From the NCBI RefSeq assembly GCF_028641065.1, contig NC_073378.1:87730001-87794000 (forward strand): DNA of 64,000 nt, given 5' to 3'. Under the pieces are notes generated by a model. It was given only the letters and a program-made list of their open reading frames with translations, was not told the DNA's origin and made no database searches. Positions 50,646 to 63,029 of the stretch are shown here, in pieces; position 1 is the stretch's first letter, and the number at the start of each line of letters is the position of its first letter. The position numbers and the translations under genes are program-made. The DNA is from Leucoraja erinacea (Eukaryota).

Positions 50646-51055
50646 AACCTATGTCCTCTGGTTTTTGTTTCCCCTACTCTGGGTAAAAGACTCTGTGCAT
50701 TTACCTTATCTATTCCCCCTCATGATCTTATACACCTTTATTAAATCACACCTCATCCACCTGTGCTCCAAGGGAATAAAGGCTTAACATGTTCAACCTC
50801 ACCCAAAAGCTCAGGCCCTAGAGTCCTGGCAACATCCTCGTAAATCTTCTTTGCACTCTTTCCAGCTAAACAAGGGCTGTAATGTGAGGCAGGTACTATA
50901 ACAGCATTTAAAAGACACTTAACAGGTACATGCATAGGAAAGTTTTAGAAAAATATGGGCTTAACGTGGGCAAATGGGATTTGCTTGGATGTGGAATCCT
51001 GGTCGGCATGGACGAGTTGGGCCGAAGGGCCTGTTTCTGTATTACTCTATGACTA
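50646..51055. mobile_element. CR1 3' end with 5' inversion (50646-50870 minus; 50885-51055 plus)
   Basis: Consecutive CR1 segments in opposite orientation; (ctatga)n tail at ~51050. Confidence 0.75.
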
Positions 51056-51228
51056 TGTTGCAACAACTGGACATCACATTTAGAGCAAGTAGCCAGTAGA
51101 ATGACCTGCAAATAATGGGAAATTGGTAAATAACGTGTTTAAAAGGTGACATGGGTTGTTTGCTCCTTGAGCTGTGAGTTGGAACTTCACATGGTGGTTC
51201 CTGGTGATAGATGCCAACAGAGCACACA

Positions 51229-51500
51229 ACTTAGCTTAGATTAGAGGCACAGTGCGGAAACAGGACTTTCGGCCCACCGAGTCCGTGATCCCAGCACACT
51301 TACACTATCCTGCACACTCTAGGGACAATTTGCAATTTTACCAAGCCCATTAGCCGACAAACCTATACGTCTTTGGAGTGTGGGGGAAAACCGGAGCACC
51401 CAGAGAAAATCCATGCAGGTCACGGGGAGAACATGCAAACTCCATACAGACAGCACTGGTAGTCAGGATCGAACCCTGGTCTCTACCGCTGCCTTCATTG
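51229..51500 (-). mobile_element. HE1-type V-SINE
   Basis: Minus strand: B box ggttcgatcc, V domain ggagtttgcatgttctccccgtg...gggtgctccggttttccccca, CR1-derived tail gggccgaaagtcctgtttccgcactg. Confidence 0.88.
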
Positions 51501-52217
51501 CCACATCATGGCTGGGCTGAATGTTGGGAAGCAGGTCAGCACTTTTAAAATGTAATTTGCACAACAAAGGTGGTACAGCTGCATGAAAGGCTGCCATGAG
51601 GGGGAATGAGTACACAACACATAATCGACTGTCCCATGCTGTGTGTGAGTGACTTCATATCCCTATGGGTCATGAAGGGGCAAAGGATTGCTACACTTCA
51701 GACTGAGGAGCAGAGTATGATGGTGCTGAAGTCATCGCCAATGATGTTCATGACAAAAATGCTGAAGCCAGAAGGTGCCTGTGGGCTAAATCTTCGTGTC
51801 CCAATGGGGACTCTTTAAATTGCAACTCTTTGCCAAGTTGATGTAGGGGTTGCTTCCTGTTTTAGGTACGTGAAAAGTGCAGATTGCAAGCAGCACCATT
51901 AACAGTTATTTTCTATCAGCAAGAGTGGGAATAACTGCTGAGCATCATACGTTGTCAGTACATGCATGTTCTTTGCCAGAAGTCAGATGCACTGAGGTGA
52001 ATTGCAAATGGAAGTGGCCAGGCTATTTTGGTGGCTCTTAATCCAGCCTGTAAATAATTCTTGTGTGATTTAATGTGTAGAGAACAGCTTCTGCACACAA
52101 ATCATAGAGAAAAAGATCCATCCCAAATGTTTTCCATAACTAACTTGAAACTTAACAGAGTTGTGATAATTATCTTCAAAATGACATTGCAGCCATGTTT
52201 CCTGAGATTAGGTCCAG

Positions 52218-52975
52218 TATACGATATGATATGATACGATCTATATTCATCCCAGGAGGGAAATTGATCTGCCAACAATCGTAAAAACACAAAATACATG
52301 GAACATGAAATTAAAGTGATGAGTGGAAAGACTAGGGGAATGAGCAAAGATTGAGGGGGGGGGGGGGGGGGGGGGGGGGGGTGGTCTGTCTCAGTCTACT
52401 CCACAACAGGGGGAGGAGGAGTAAAGTTTGATAGCCACAGTGAAGAAGGAACTCCTGTGGCATTTTGTCCTGCATCTTGGTGGAACCAGTCTGTTGCTGA
52501 AGGTACTCCTCAGGTTGACCAGTGTGTCATGGAGGGGATGAGCTGTATTGTCCGGGATGCTCTGCAGTTTGAGGAGCATCCTCCCCTCCAAGACCACCTC
52601 CCATGAATACGACTCCACCCCCAGGACAGGCCAGCCTTCCTGATGAATTTGTTGATCCTATTGGCGTCCGCAGCCTTCGCCCTGTTGCCCCAGCACACGG
52701 CAGCGAAGAGGATGGCACTGGCTACCACCGATTGGTAGAACATCTGCAGGATTTTACTGCAGACGTTGAAGGAGCGGAGCCTTCTCAAAAAGTACAACTG
52801 GCTCTGTCCCTTCTTGTACAGGGCCTCAGCATTCCTGGACCAGTTCAGTTTACTGTCCAGGTACACTTCAAGGTATTTGTACTCCCTGGTAAACTGCCAA
52901 TCCACCACATTGATGGAGACAGGAGACAGGGATGTTCCTCTCCTCCTAAAGCCCACCACCAACTCCGTATTACCC
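52218..52975 (-). mobile_element. Rex1/Babar-like LINE 3' end
   Basis: EYKYLEVYLDSKLNWSRNAEALYKKGQSQLYFLRRLRSFNVCSKILQMFYQSVVASAI and HPLHDTL...FSNRL; (gatat/gatac)n tail also found solo at 10880-10965. Confidence 0.9.
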
Positions 52976-53769
52976 ATTCTTTGCTCAGACAATCTGCACA
53001 CTAGGTCAAAATCTACTCCTGAATGCATTTTCAAAATCCCACCCATTCTAAAATCGAACATCAGAGAAATGCTCTATTTTTGGAAAGAGCAGACATTCAG
53101 TACTACAGAGAGATGGATTTCAAATATTAGTCGCAATGAATTGAACATATGAAATTTGAACTGATTTGAGGGATATATGTAAAGTGGTTTGTTAAATTGT
53201 AACGGTGTGTCTTTAATTGAAGGATTCATCCATTCAGTTTACAGACATTATGCATTCAATTTAAAGAACACCATTATCTTAAATAAACAGGTCACAAAGC
53301 TGTTGATTTCCATCCATATCCCAAGACCATCACACACTGGAAACGTGGAGGATTCTGAGTACGCAGGTGGCTTTGACATTTTTCTACTTGCTCTTGCAAG
53401 AAATATAACCTGCAACTGGTCGACACATGGGTTGTAATACCAAGACTGTGGGTCTGAGGTGAGTACTTCCTATCCTGAGATTTCCAACTTTCCCATCTGA
53501 GAGGCAACATGGATTAAGACTAGAGGCTGCAGCGTCAAAGGAAAAGAAACCTGGCAAATGCTAGAATAATGACAGTATGTTCCCTGGAGATGTTCTGGGG
53601 TAATGAGGATGTTCCTGGTTGGGGTTGGGTGCAGAAGGGAGCAGTCTTGAAGGTCGGATGTATTTAAAAAGTACTTTTTCGACCTTACTTACCCTTAGAG
53701 GGACAAAGGAAGAGGGACATCAGCTGCCCACTGGCCCAAGAAAAATCAGCATCATCATGTGAACACAAA

Positions 53770-55275
53770 CTTGTCTGAATGGTGTCAAGTTAGGAAAAGG
53801 GGAAGTACTACTAGACCTGGGTGTCCTTTCACATCAGTCACTGAAAGTAACCATTCAGGTACAACAGGCAGTGAAGAAAGCTGATGGCATGTTGGCCTTC
53901 ATAAAGAGAGGAGTTGAGTATCGGTGCAAAGATGTCCTTTTGCAGTTTACAGGGACCTGGTGAGACCACACCTGGAGTATTGTGTGCAGTTTTGGTCTCC
54001 TAATTTGAGGAAGGACATTCTTGCTAATGAGGGAGTGCAGCGTAGGTTCACGAGGTTAATTCCCGGGATGGCGGGTCTGTCATATGATGAAAGAATGGAG
54101 CGACTGGGCTTGTATTCACTGGAATTTAGAAGGATGAGAAGGAATCTTATAGAAACATATAAAATTATAAGAGGATTGGACTCGCTAGATGCAGGAAACA
54201 TGTTCCCGATGTTGGGGGAATCCAGAGCCAGGGGCCACAGTTTAAGAATTAGGGGTAGGCTATTTAGAACTGAGATGAGGAATAACTTTTTCACACCAAC
54301 AGTTGTGAATTTGTGGAATTCTCTGCCTCAGAAGGCAGTAGAGGCTGATTCACTGGATGCATTCAGAAGAGAGTTAGATAGAGCTCTTAGGGCTAGCGGA
54401 ATCAATCAAGTTGAAATAAATTTGCCAGCAGCAGTACAATAAAAAAGAACACACAATACACAATAAAAAAATTTACACAAACATCCACCACAGCATTCAT
54501 CACTGTGGTGGAAGGCACAAAATTTGGCCAGTCTTCCTCCATTTTCCCCCGTGGTCGGGACCTCAGCCCTGCGCAGCCACCGCTGCGGGCATCCAGATGT
54601 ACAGGCAAGGTAAGTCCAAGTAAGTCCAGAATCTGTGCCTCCCCACCGGAGACCGCGGCTTCAAGATGGTGTAGGCCACAGGCTGGCGGTCGAAGATCTA
54701 AAGTCTAAAGTCCCCGCCGCGTTGCAGCCAGAAGCACCGCAGACTGCAAGGCCGGCAGTCAGATCTCCTCTCCAGGGATCCCTGGCGAGGGACCCCGCTC
54801 CAGATGGTAAATCCCCGCCGCACTCGCGGTAGAAGTTGGCTGCGGGCCGGCGGTCGGAGCTCTTCTCCTCCGGGGTCCCCAATGAGGGATCCCAGGCTGT
54901 GGCCGCTGCGCCAGCTGGAGCTCTGCAGACCACGGCTTCAGGCTGCTGCGGGCCAGCGAACGGAGTGCGGGCCAGCGAACGATGAAAGTCTGCGCTGCGC
55001 CCGCTGCTGATGCCCCAGGCGCTTCTCCAGGAAAGGCCGCGCCGATCCTTGCTGTTAGGCCACGGGGGAGGCGACATGGAAAAAGTTGCCTCTCTGTGGA
55101 GGAGGCGACCAAAGCGGTTTCCCCCTTACACCCCCACACCACCCCCCACACAAAACACACCGAGAAACAAAGGGTATTGGGAGAAGGCAGGAACGGGGTA
55201 CTGATTGTGGATGATTGAATGGCGGTGCTGGCTTGAAGGGCCGAATGGCCTACTCCTGTATCTATTGTCTATGTA
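53770..55275 (+). mobile_element. CR1 3' portion interrupted at ~54405-55170
   Basis: 172-aa frame [22 protein letters not shown]...; the tail resumes at agggtattgggagaaggcagg. Confidence 0.92.
54405..55170 (-). mobile_element. GC/CpG-rich non-coding retroelement nested in CR1
   Basis: Interrupts CR1 gcggaatcaa|agggtat; (ttga)n-like end; architecture shared with 42655-43412. Confidence 0.75.
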
Positions 55276-56214
55276 TCTGTGTATATATATCTATGTACGT
55301 TATGCAGACTCAGTGCTTGAGGTATATTCAGAAAGATTGTGGCTTGGGGTTTTTTGGAGCAAGAGAATCAACAAACAGAATGACAGCATAATTTAAGAGC
55401 GGAATCTAAAGAATTAAACAATATAATCCTATCACTGAAAAATAATTAATATGTTCCATTTTGGGAAACCGGAATATACATTGTAACAAACAATATGAAC
55501 TCGAAATGGGTCACATATGGATATTCAAAACATGAGACACTAGATAATAAGTAAGCAACAACTTTGTCACATTAAAACATAAAAAACATATGATGAAAAA
55601 ATGATCCTATTCAAGCACCTTCCATGCACTGCCACTGTTGTCATACCTTCCTCTAGCTTTTTGTATAATATTCGCTCTCAAGTGCCAATTAACCAGCTCA
55701 CTGTAGTGTAAGACATGCTCTCATTTACTATTCCAGGAATAAATTAATCGTAGTCCTCATGCTGGTTTGTTCAGAAAGCTGACTGTCTCCATCACTCATT
55801 GGTGAAGTGGTAGAAGATACGCTTTCCCTGCCACTGGTCTTGCTCTTACCAATGTTTAACCAACCACTCGTGCCACTTGAGTGCAGGGGTGGCAGTGGAT
55901 CTCCTTCATTGCAGGACATTGCATGGCCAAGGAAGAAATTATCCAATTTTGCCCAAATGCTATTTTTGGGCAAAAAATATAAGGACTCATTCCAGCGGAT
56001 TAAATAAAGGTAAATAATTTAGGTTAAAAATAGATCCTTGCCATTCATTTGTCTGATATTCCTTTTCCTGTTTACCATTAAACCTACAATATAAATAATT
56101 CCTTCTGTAAGAACCCTACCTTGTGGGAGTTGGGTCCTCAGACAGCTTTCGGTATTCATCCTTCACTGCATTCATCTCATTATTCTGACCTCCCACAAAT
56201 TACAAGGTCATTTA

Positions 56215-56735
56215 ATATGGAAACAAGGATCTGTTAATGCTGATTTACAAAAGAAAAGATCTTTAGATTGCTATAAGATCTTTGGCGCAAAGTGCTGAAG
56301 TAACTCAACGGGTCAGGCAGCATCTCTGGAGAATATGAATAGGTGATGTTTCCATTCGGGACCCTTCTTCAGACTGATTGCGGGGGTGGGGGCGGGAGGC
56401 GGGTGGAAGAGAGGAAGGGCAGAATGACGACTGGAAGTAATAGGTTGAAACAGATGAGGAGAGTTTTTTGATAGGCAGATAGTTGGGTAAAGGCCAGAGA
56501 TGAGAAGACAGAAGGTATGAGACAAAAGGATTGAAGAGTTGTGGATGTGAAGCTGGAGGATGGAATGCAGATGGAAGGGGAGGGGGAGGGTGGAAATAGG
56601 TGGGTGTCCAGGTGGGGCACACGGTGGGGGGGGGGGGGGGGGGGGGGGGGGGAGGTGTGGAGGATATGGGGAGAGGAAGAAAGGAGAGTGCAGAGTTAAA
56701 ATTGAAGAATTCAATGTTCATACAATTGGTTATTG
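56215..56735 (-). mobile_element. Penelope 3' end and terminal repeat with degenerate hammerhead (56344-56372)
   Basis: Minus strand ...MNIEFFNFN end of ORF, C-rich UTR, CTGAAGA-agggtcccgaatg-GAAACATCA. Confidence 0.85.
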
Positions 56736-57739
56736 ACTGATATCTGTAGCTGCTATTCACCAGTGAACGATGAATCAGTGTTCTTGTTGCGCTATCTGTG
56801 ACCACCCAGTTACAGGGTTGGTCAATACTTAGATAGCAGACTACCTAGGATTACCAGGTGCTGTGAGCTTGCTGCCTGAGGGAAACAAAGAATCCAGCCA
56901 GCAGACGGAATTGAATAAGAATCTCAGCCACGTTGCATATGCCAAAGAAACTGTAGCATCATTGCTAGTTTTCCAAAAAACTGGGTCAAACTTGCAACTC
57001 AGTCTTTACTTTCAAGGTTGTGCCTTTGCACCTGCTGAGTGATATTAGAAGCTTTCCGTGTAAAGTTGGATTCTGTCATTTATATTTTCTTGACTTTGGC
57101 GGAAAGCTAAGTGCAATAGTCTGCTGATTTCAGCGCTGATTAGTGCTTCCAGATCAGTGTATTCCTCCTGAGTCAGGAATCAATCCTCAATATTTAATTA
57201 CATTTAACACTTTTAATCAAACAGGATGCATGTTCAACATAAACACATTTTAACAGATGGTTCACTGTTCTGTGGAACACAGAATTCAATCAAAGCATAT
57301 CAAGATGCTTCTACTAATAAAGCAGAACTGCTTTGCCAAGCACATGATCTGAGATATAAACCGATTTAAAATGTATCATACTTCAAAAATGTAAAAATAT
57401 AGAAGACAATTTATATGTTGAGGAGAGGGGGCTGTAATTAACCCATTTTATGGACAAAATGGAAAACAAACAAGCTGAACGTTCTGATAACAGTGGATTT
57501 CTTCATTCAGTAAGATGCCCTCCCCGTAACAGTGGAACTGGTAAATGGGTAGACGTTCCCTGCTGAGAAGGGCCTAATTACAGTATATGTGTATTGTCAA
57601 AAAGACTTCCAACATGTTATCACGTAGCCCAGTTAAAATGGGTGATAAGCAGTCTGTTAGAAAATCTTTTATTTATTTGTATTATCTTATGTTGGCATTT
57701 AATTTGAATTCAGTAATTGGACACAGTCCCTTCCTATCC

Positions 57740-58272
57740 TTGGAAAGATAAGGACAGAAGGATTCATAGAAGGCCTGCATGCTGGAGGTGGTCATTGATA
57801 CAGTCTTCAAAAGAGGGGGGATTGGGAAAATTATGCTTGTGATGAAAGGAGGAATAGACTCACAGTAAATCAGTCAGATAAGCTAGTAAATGCTCGGGAA
57901 ATGAATTCAGATCATTGGAGAGAGGATTTGAAGCATGGAAAAGCCAACTAATGGAAAAGGCAATTTCAGAACAGATGAGTTTATGTAAATATTGACAACT
58001 CAGGAAAGCAAAGTATAGATACAAGAATTAGTGTGTGAGGAGAATACAGGTTGTTGCGGTTAAATCATGGGATACTCAGCCAGTGGGATAGTAGAGATTC
58101 GAGTGTGGAATTCTTCTGTGCAAAAATAAATGGTGGCAGTGTGAGTGGAAAATGGTGTCGAAGGTGATTGACGTAGGGACCATTCCAAGTAATGGATCTC
58201 GTCATGATCAAATGGCTGAGCAGGCTCGATGGGCCAAATAGCCAGTTCTTCTCCTATGTCTTTGTCTTATGA
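57740..58272 (+). mobile_element. Old CR1 3' end
   Basis: tgtggaattcttctg...gcaggctcgatgggccaaatagcc...ctcctatgtctt tail; 5' boundary uncertain. Confidence 0.55.
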
Positions 58273-58274
58273 TC

Positions 58275-59967
58275 TGTTACTGGACAGCAGATACAACTGG
58301 GTTGTGAATATTCCTCAGCAATTCTCATGAAGAGCCTGGAGAGAGATCTGGGACATGAGAGTACTTGGATGAACTGGATCAGGGAGGACGAGAAAAATAC
58401 AAGTCGGCAATGTGAACAGTAACTGCAACCAGCAGTACAAGGACAATATAAGTACGTCTATAAGATTAAACTGATTTCTGGTCTGGTTTCAGGGACTGCC
58501 TTTTTCTCTACTAATTTATACAACTTCTCACAGAGAGTTATCTTTTTGTGCACGTGTAGGGATTTCCACTATGTGGCGCATCTTGGGGCTTCTGACATAA
58601 TTGCAGACTGTGCGTCATACTAAGGTTTTGCTCGTGGTTTCTATCTTCCCCAACATTCATCACATCAACTCCCCTGAGAACTGAGGTTTCTGGCTTATGT
58701 TGTAAGCTACCTGTAAGGCATTCCACCCCCATGTTCAAATGTTCTTTCTTACTTCACCACAAAAGAATTGTGGGCATACCCACTCTGCAATTTTACCGAG
58801 AGTGTGCACCTTTTGTAGCATGTAAATTAGATGCAAAAGCTAAACTGACTGTGAAGCAGAATGAGTCTAAAGAGACAATAGACAATAGGTGCAGGAGCAG
58901 GCCATTCGGCCCTTCAAGCTAGCACCGCCGTTTACTGTGATCATAGCTGATCATTGACATTCAGTACCCCGTTCCTGCCTTCTCACCATGTCCCCAGACT
59001 CCGCTATCTTTAAGAGCTCTATCTAACTCTCTCTTAAAAGCCTCCACTGCCTTCTGAGGCAGTGAATTCCACAGATTCACAATTCTCTGGGTGAAAATGT
59101 TTTCCCTCATCTCCGTTCTAAATGGCCAACCCATTATTCTTAAACTCTGGCCCCTGGTTCTGGATTCCCCCAACATCGGGAACATGTTTCCTGCCTCTAG
59201 CATGTCCAATCCCTTAATAATCTTATATGTTTCAATAAGATCCTTCTCTTATCCTTCTAAATTCCAGAGTATACGTCCAGCCGCTGCATCCTATCAACAT
59301 AAGACAGTCCCGCCATCCCGGGAATTAACCTCATGAACGCTGCACTCCCTCAATAGCACGAATGTCCTTTCTCAAATTTGGAGACCAAATCTGCACACAA
59401 TACTCCAGGTGTAGTCTCACTAGGGTCCTGTATAACTGCAGAAGGATCTCTTTGCTCCTATACTCAACTCCTCTTGTTATGAAGGCCAACATGCCAATAG
59501 CTTTCTTCACTGCCTGCTGTACCCCTCTTCCAGTGAGTCTCACTCTTGCTTGGGGAGAGCCCTGTTGTTGGAGTGAGCTTTCATTTAGATTATAGCTTCA
59601 GAGCAACCTGAATAAAACAGCATCACACCCACATTACCAGGACAATTCTAATCTTCTCTCTCAAGCATTTCTACCTATTATGAACCTTAATTCTCAGGAT
59701 TTATATACATTTTCTGATTTGTAAATAAGCAGCATTTAAAAAAATGATAATTGTATGCCCAGTGAAAGGCTGAAACCTAAGCGAGTTTTGTACTGCTGCT
59801 TGCAGTTACTTTCTTCTGTGCATGTTACCACTTATATTGTTCTAGTCCTCCCTGATCCAGTTCATCCAAGTACTCTCATGTCCCAGATCTATCTCCGAGC
59901 TCTTCATGAGCAATGCTGAACAATCTTCACAGTATTCAACCCCGGTTGTATTTGCTGTCCAATAACA
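58275..59967. mobile_element. Unclassified element with ~170-bp terminal inverted repeats beginning TGTTA / ending TAACA
   Basis: 58275-58440 is the imperfect reverse complement of 59788-59967, including the exact core agatctgggacatgagagtacttggatgaactggatcagggaggac. Confidence 0.7.
58874..59535 (-). mobile_element. CR1 3' portion with (AGACAAT)n tail
   Basis: [48 protein letters not shown]. Confidence 0.92.
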
Positions 59968-60124
59968 TGGAAACTACAGCAGAAGGAAATGCCATTGCAC
60001 CCAAAACGCTGTTCCGTTCAAGACAATTCACATAGGTTTTCTCCCACACTTGGCAGCTAACACCATTAAATACTCCTCCACTCTTTTCTTCTTAGTGCAC
60101 GTGTACTCTTCACCCCTCATATTT

Positions 60125-60365
60125 CATAAGATCGTAAGACATAAGCGGAACTGGCCATTCGGCCCATCGAGACTATTCAGCCATGGCTGATCAATTTTTC
60201 CCTCTCTACCCCATTCTCCTGCCTTCTCACCGTAAATGTTGACACTCTTACTAATCGAGAACCTATCAATCTCTACTTAAAAATTACCAAATGACGTCCT
60301 CCACTGCCGTGGGTAGCAATGAATTGTACAGATTCATCACCCTCTGCCTAAAGAAATTCCTCCAC
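60125..60365 (-). mobile_element. CR1 3' tail
   Basis: ggccattcggcccatcgag...ccattctcctgccttctc. Confidence 0.8.
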
Positions 60366-60465
60366 AATTTCTCATGGCGGTGTTCCATATTCTAACCATT
60401 CTCTGTATTTAAAAAAATGTTTGAATTGATCATTGGTTTCATCAATAACTATCTTATGCTTTACG

Positions 60466-60985
60466 AGATTTACGAGGATGCTGCCAGAACTAGAGGGTGT
60501 GAGCTATAGGGAGAGGTTGAGTAGCTGGGTCTCTATTCCATTTAGTGCAGGAGGATGAGGGGAGATCTTATAGAGGTGTACAAAATCATGAGAGGAATAG
60601 ATCAGGTAAATGCACAGAGTACCAGAGGACATAGGTTCAAGGTGAAGGGGAAAAAATTTAATAGGAATCCGAGGGGGTAACCTTTTCACATAATGAGTGG
60701 TGGGTGTATGGAACAAGCTGCCAGAGGAGGTAGTTAAGGCTGGGACTATCCCATTGTTTAAGAGACAGTTAGACAGGTTCATGGATAGGACAGGTTTGGA
60801 AGGTTATGGACCAAGCGCAGGAAAGCGGAACTAGCGTAGTTGGGACATTAGACAATAGACAATAGGTGCAGGAGTAGGCTTTTCAGCTCTTCGAGCCAGC
60901 ACCGCCATTCACTGTCATCATGGCCGGTGTGGACAAGTTGGGCTGAAGGATCTGTTTCCAAACTGTATCATTCTATGACTCTATG
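60466..60985 (+). mobile_element. CR1 3' end with a short inverted CR1 tail inserted at ~60849-60925
   Basis: Similar to 31640-32105; contains agacaatagacaataggtgcaggag. Confidence 0.88.
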
Positions 60986-61001
60986 CCACTGTGCTTACAT
61001 A

Positions 61002-62187
61002 CAGTGCATTCAGAAATTATTCAGATCCCTTCACTTTTTCCACATTTTAGTACGTTACAGCCTTATTTTAAAATGGATTAAATTCTTTTTTTTAATCATC
61101 AATCTACACACAATACCCCAGAATGATGCAGCAAAAACAGGTATTTAGAATTTTTTGCAAAGTAATTAAAAATAAATAACTGAAATATCACATTTATATA
61201 AGTATTTAGACCCTTTGCTATGATAATCAAAATTAAGTTTAGGTTCATCCTGTTTCCATTGATTATCCTTGAGATGTTTCTACAACTTGATTGGACTCCA
61301 CCATTGGTAAATTAAATTGATTGAACATGATTTGGAAAGGCACAAACCTGTCTATATAAGGTCCCACAGTTGACAGTGCATGTCAGAGCAAAAACTAAGC
61401 CATGAAGGTGAAGGAATTGACTGTAGACCTCCGAGACAGGATTTTGTCGAGACACAGATCTGGGGAAAGGTATAAAACAATTTCCGCAGCATTGCAGGTC
61501 CCGAAGAGCACAGTGGCCTCCGTCATTCTTAAATGGAAGAACTTTGGAACCATCAGGACTCTTCATAACACTGGCCACTGGGTCAGGGAGGTGACCAAGA
61601 ACCACTGACAGAGCTCCAGTGGTCCTCTGTGGAGATGGGAGAAACTTCCAGAAGGACAACTATATCTGCAGCACTCCACCAATCAGCCCTTTATGGTAGA
61701 GTGGCCTGACGGAAGTCACTCCTCAGTAAAAGGCACATGACAGCCCGCTTGGAGTTTGCCAAAAGGCACCTAAAGGACTATCAGACCATGAGAAACAAAA
61801 TTCTCTGGTCTGATGAAACTAAGATTGAACATTTTGGCCTGAATGGCAAGCGTCATGTCTGGTGGACCGCTCATCACCTGGACAATACCATACCTATGGT
61901 GAAGCATGGTGGTGGCAGCATCATGCTGTGGGAATATCTTTCAGTGGCAGGAACTGGGAGACTAGTCAGGATCGAGGGAAAGATGAATGGAGCAAAGTAC
62001 AGAGAGATCCTTGATGAAAACCTGGACCAGAGAGTTCTGGACCTCAGACTAGGGCGGAGGTTCACCTTCCAACAGGACAACGACCCCAAGCACACAGCCA
62101 AGACAATGTAGGAGCGGCTTTTTGAGAGGTCTGTGATGTCCTTGAGGGGCCCAGCCAGAGCCCGGACTTGAACCCGGTCGAACATCA
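61002..62187 (+). mobile_element. Tc1-family DNA transposon, 3'-truncated, transposase pseudogene from 61402
   Basis: TA|CAGTGCATTCAG left end; paired-like HTH MKVKELTVDLRDRILSRHRSGERYKTISAALQVPKSTV; [25 protein letters not shown] and SPDLNPVEH motifs; right TIR absent. Confidence 0.93.
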
Positions 62188-62656
62188 AGGTGCTTGCAAT
62201 GAATGATGATTTGTTAACCCTTAATGTGCTTGCAATAAATGATTTGTTAGCCAGTAATGTGCTTGCAAAGAATGATGATTTGTGAACCCTTAATGTGCTT
62301 GCAATAAATGATTTATTAGCCCTTAATGAAATGAAATTAGTTGTTTGGCCTGCCCTGTGCTTTTGCTTTTTGCTTTGCCTTTGCTTTGCATGACCTCACC
62401 TGAAATGAAAGCAAATGGATTGTATTATTGGCTGGCCCTGCCTGCCCTGTGCTTTTGCTTTTGCTTTGCCTTTGCTTTGCTCTGCTCGATCTCACCTGAA
62501 ATGAAAGCAAATGGATTATTTTGTTGGCTGGACCCGCCTGCCCTGTGCTTGACTTGACTTGAAATGGATTGACTTGACATGAAATGGATTGTTGCCTCTG
62601 CACTCACTGTGCTTGACTTGACCCACAACACCCATGCTAGTGCTCCAGACCCTCCC

Positions 62657-62705
<49 letters not shown>

Positions 62706-62796
62706 ATTGGCCACTATATTGGAATTGGTGGAGAGGTGGAATATTGCGTTGGGGGACTAGCCCTCCCGTTTGAACCTGGGACCCAACTTAGTCTAG
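62188..62796 (+). mobile_element. Helitron 3' portion with internal minisatellites
   Basis: Ends ggaatattgcgttggggg...gggacccaacttagtCTAG|t (hairpin half deleted); ~35-bp repeats at 62188-62330 and ~95-bp repeats at ~62345-62550; no 5' TC end found. Confidence 0.8.
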
Positions 62797-63027
62797 TATT
62801 TATTAAGAACCTGGGGGCAACATTTCTACACAAAGGGTGATAGGTATATAGAATTAGCTGCCGGAGGAGGTAGTTGAGGCAGGTATTAACAATCTTTCAA
62901 AAACATTTGGACTGGTACATGGATGGGATAAGTTTAGAGTGATATTGGCCAAATGCAGACAAGTGAGACTAATGTTGGTCAGCAAGGGGAAGTTGGGTCA
63001 AAGGGCCTGTATGACCCTATGACTCTA
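62797..63027 (+). mobile_element. CR1 3' end
   Basis: aagaacctgggggcaacatttctacacaaagggtg...aagggcctgtatgaccctatgactcta. Confidence 0.8.
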
Positions 63028-63029
63028 AC

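Noticed and set aside
55030-55125. Twister or HDV-like ribozyme around the ggcctaac motif
   Set aside because: Could not build the required pseudoknots by eye; kept only as a conserved hairpin.
55728-56007. Possible Ser-rich host exon
   Set aside because: No splice-site pair gives an open frame on the plus strand, the minus frame lacks a clear acceptor, and the peptide is unrecognised.
62188-62620. Regularly spaced repeats next to a transposase
   Set aside because: Contiguous minisatellites internal to the Helitron fragment; no spacers.
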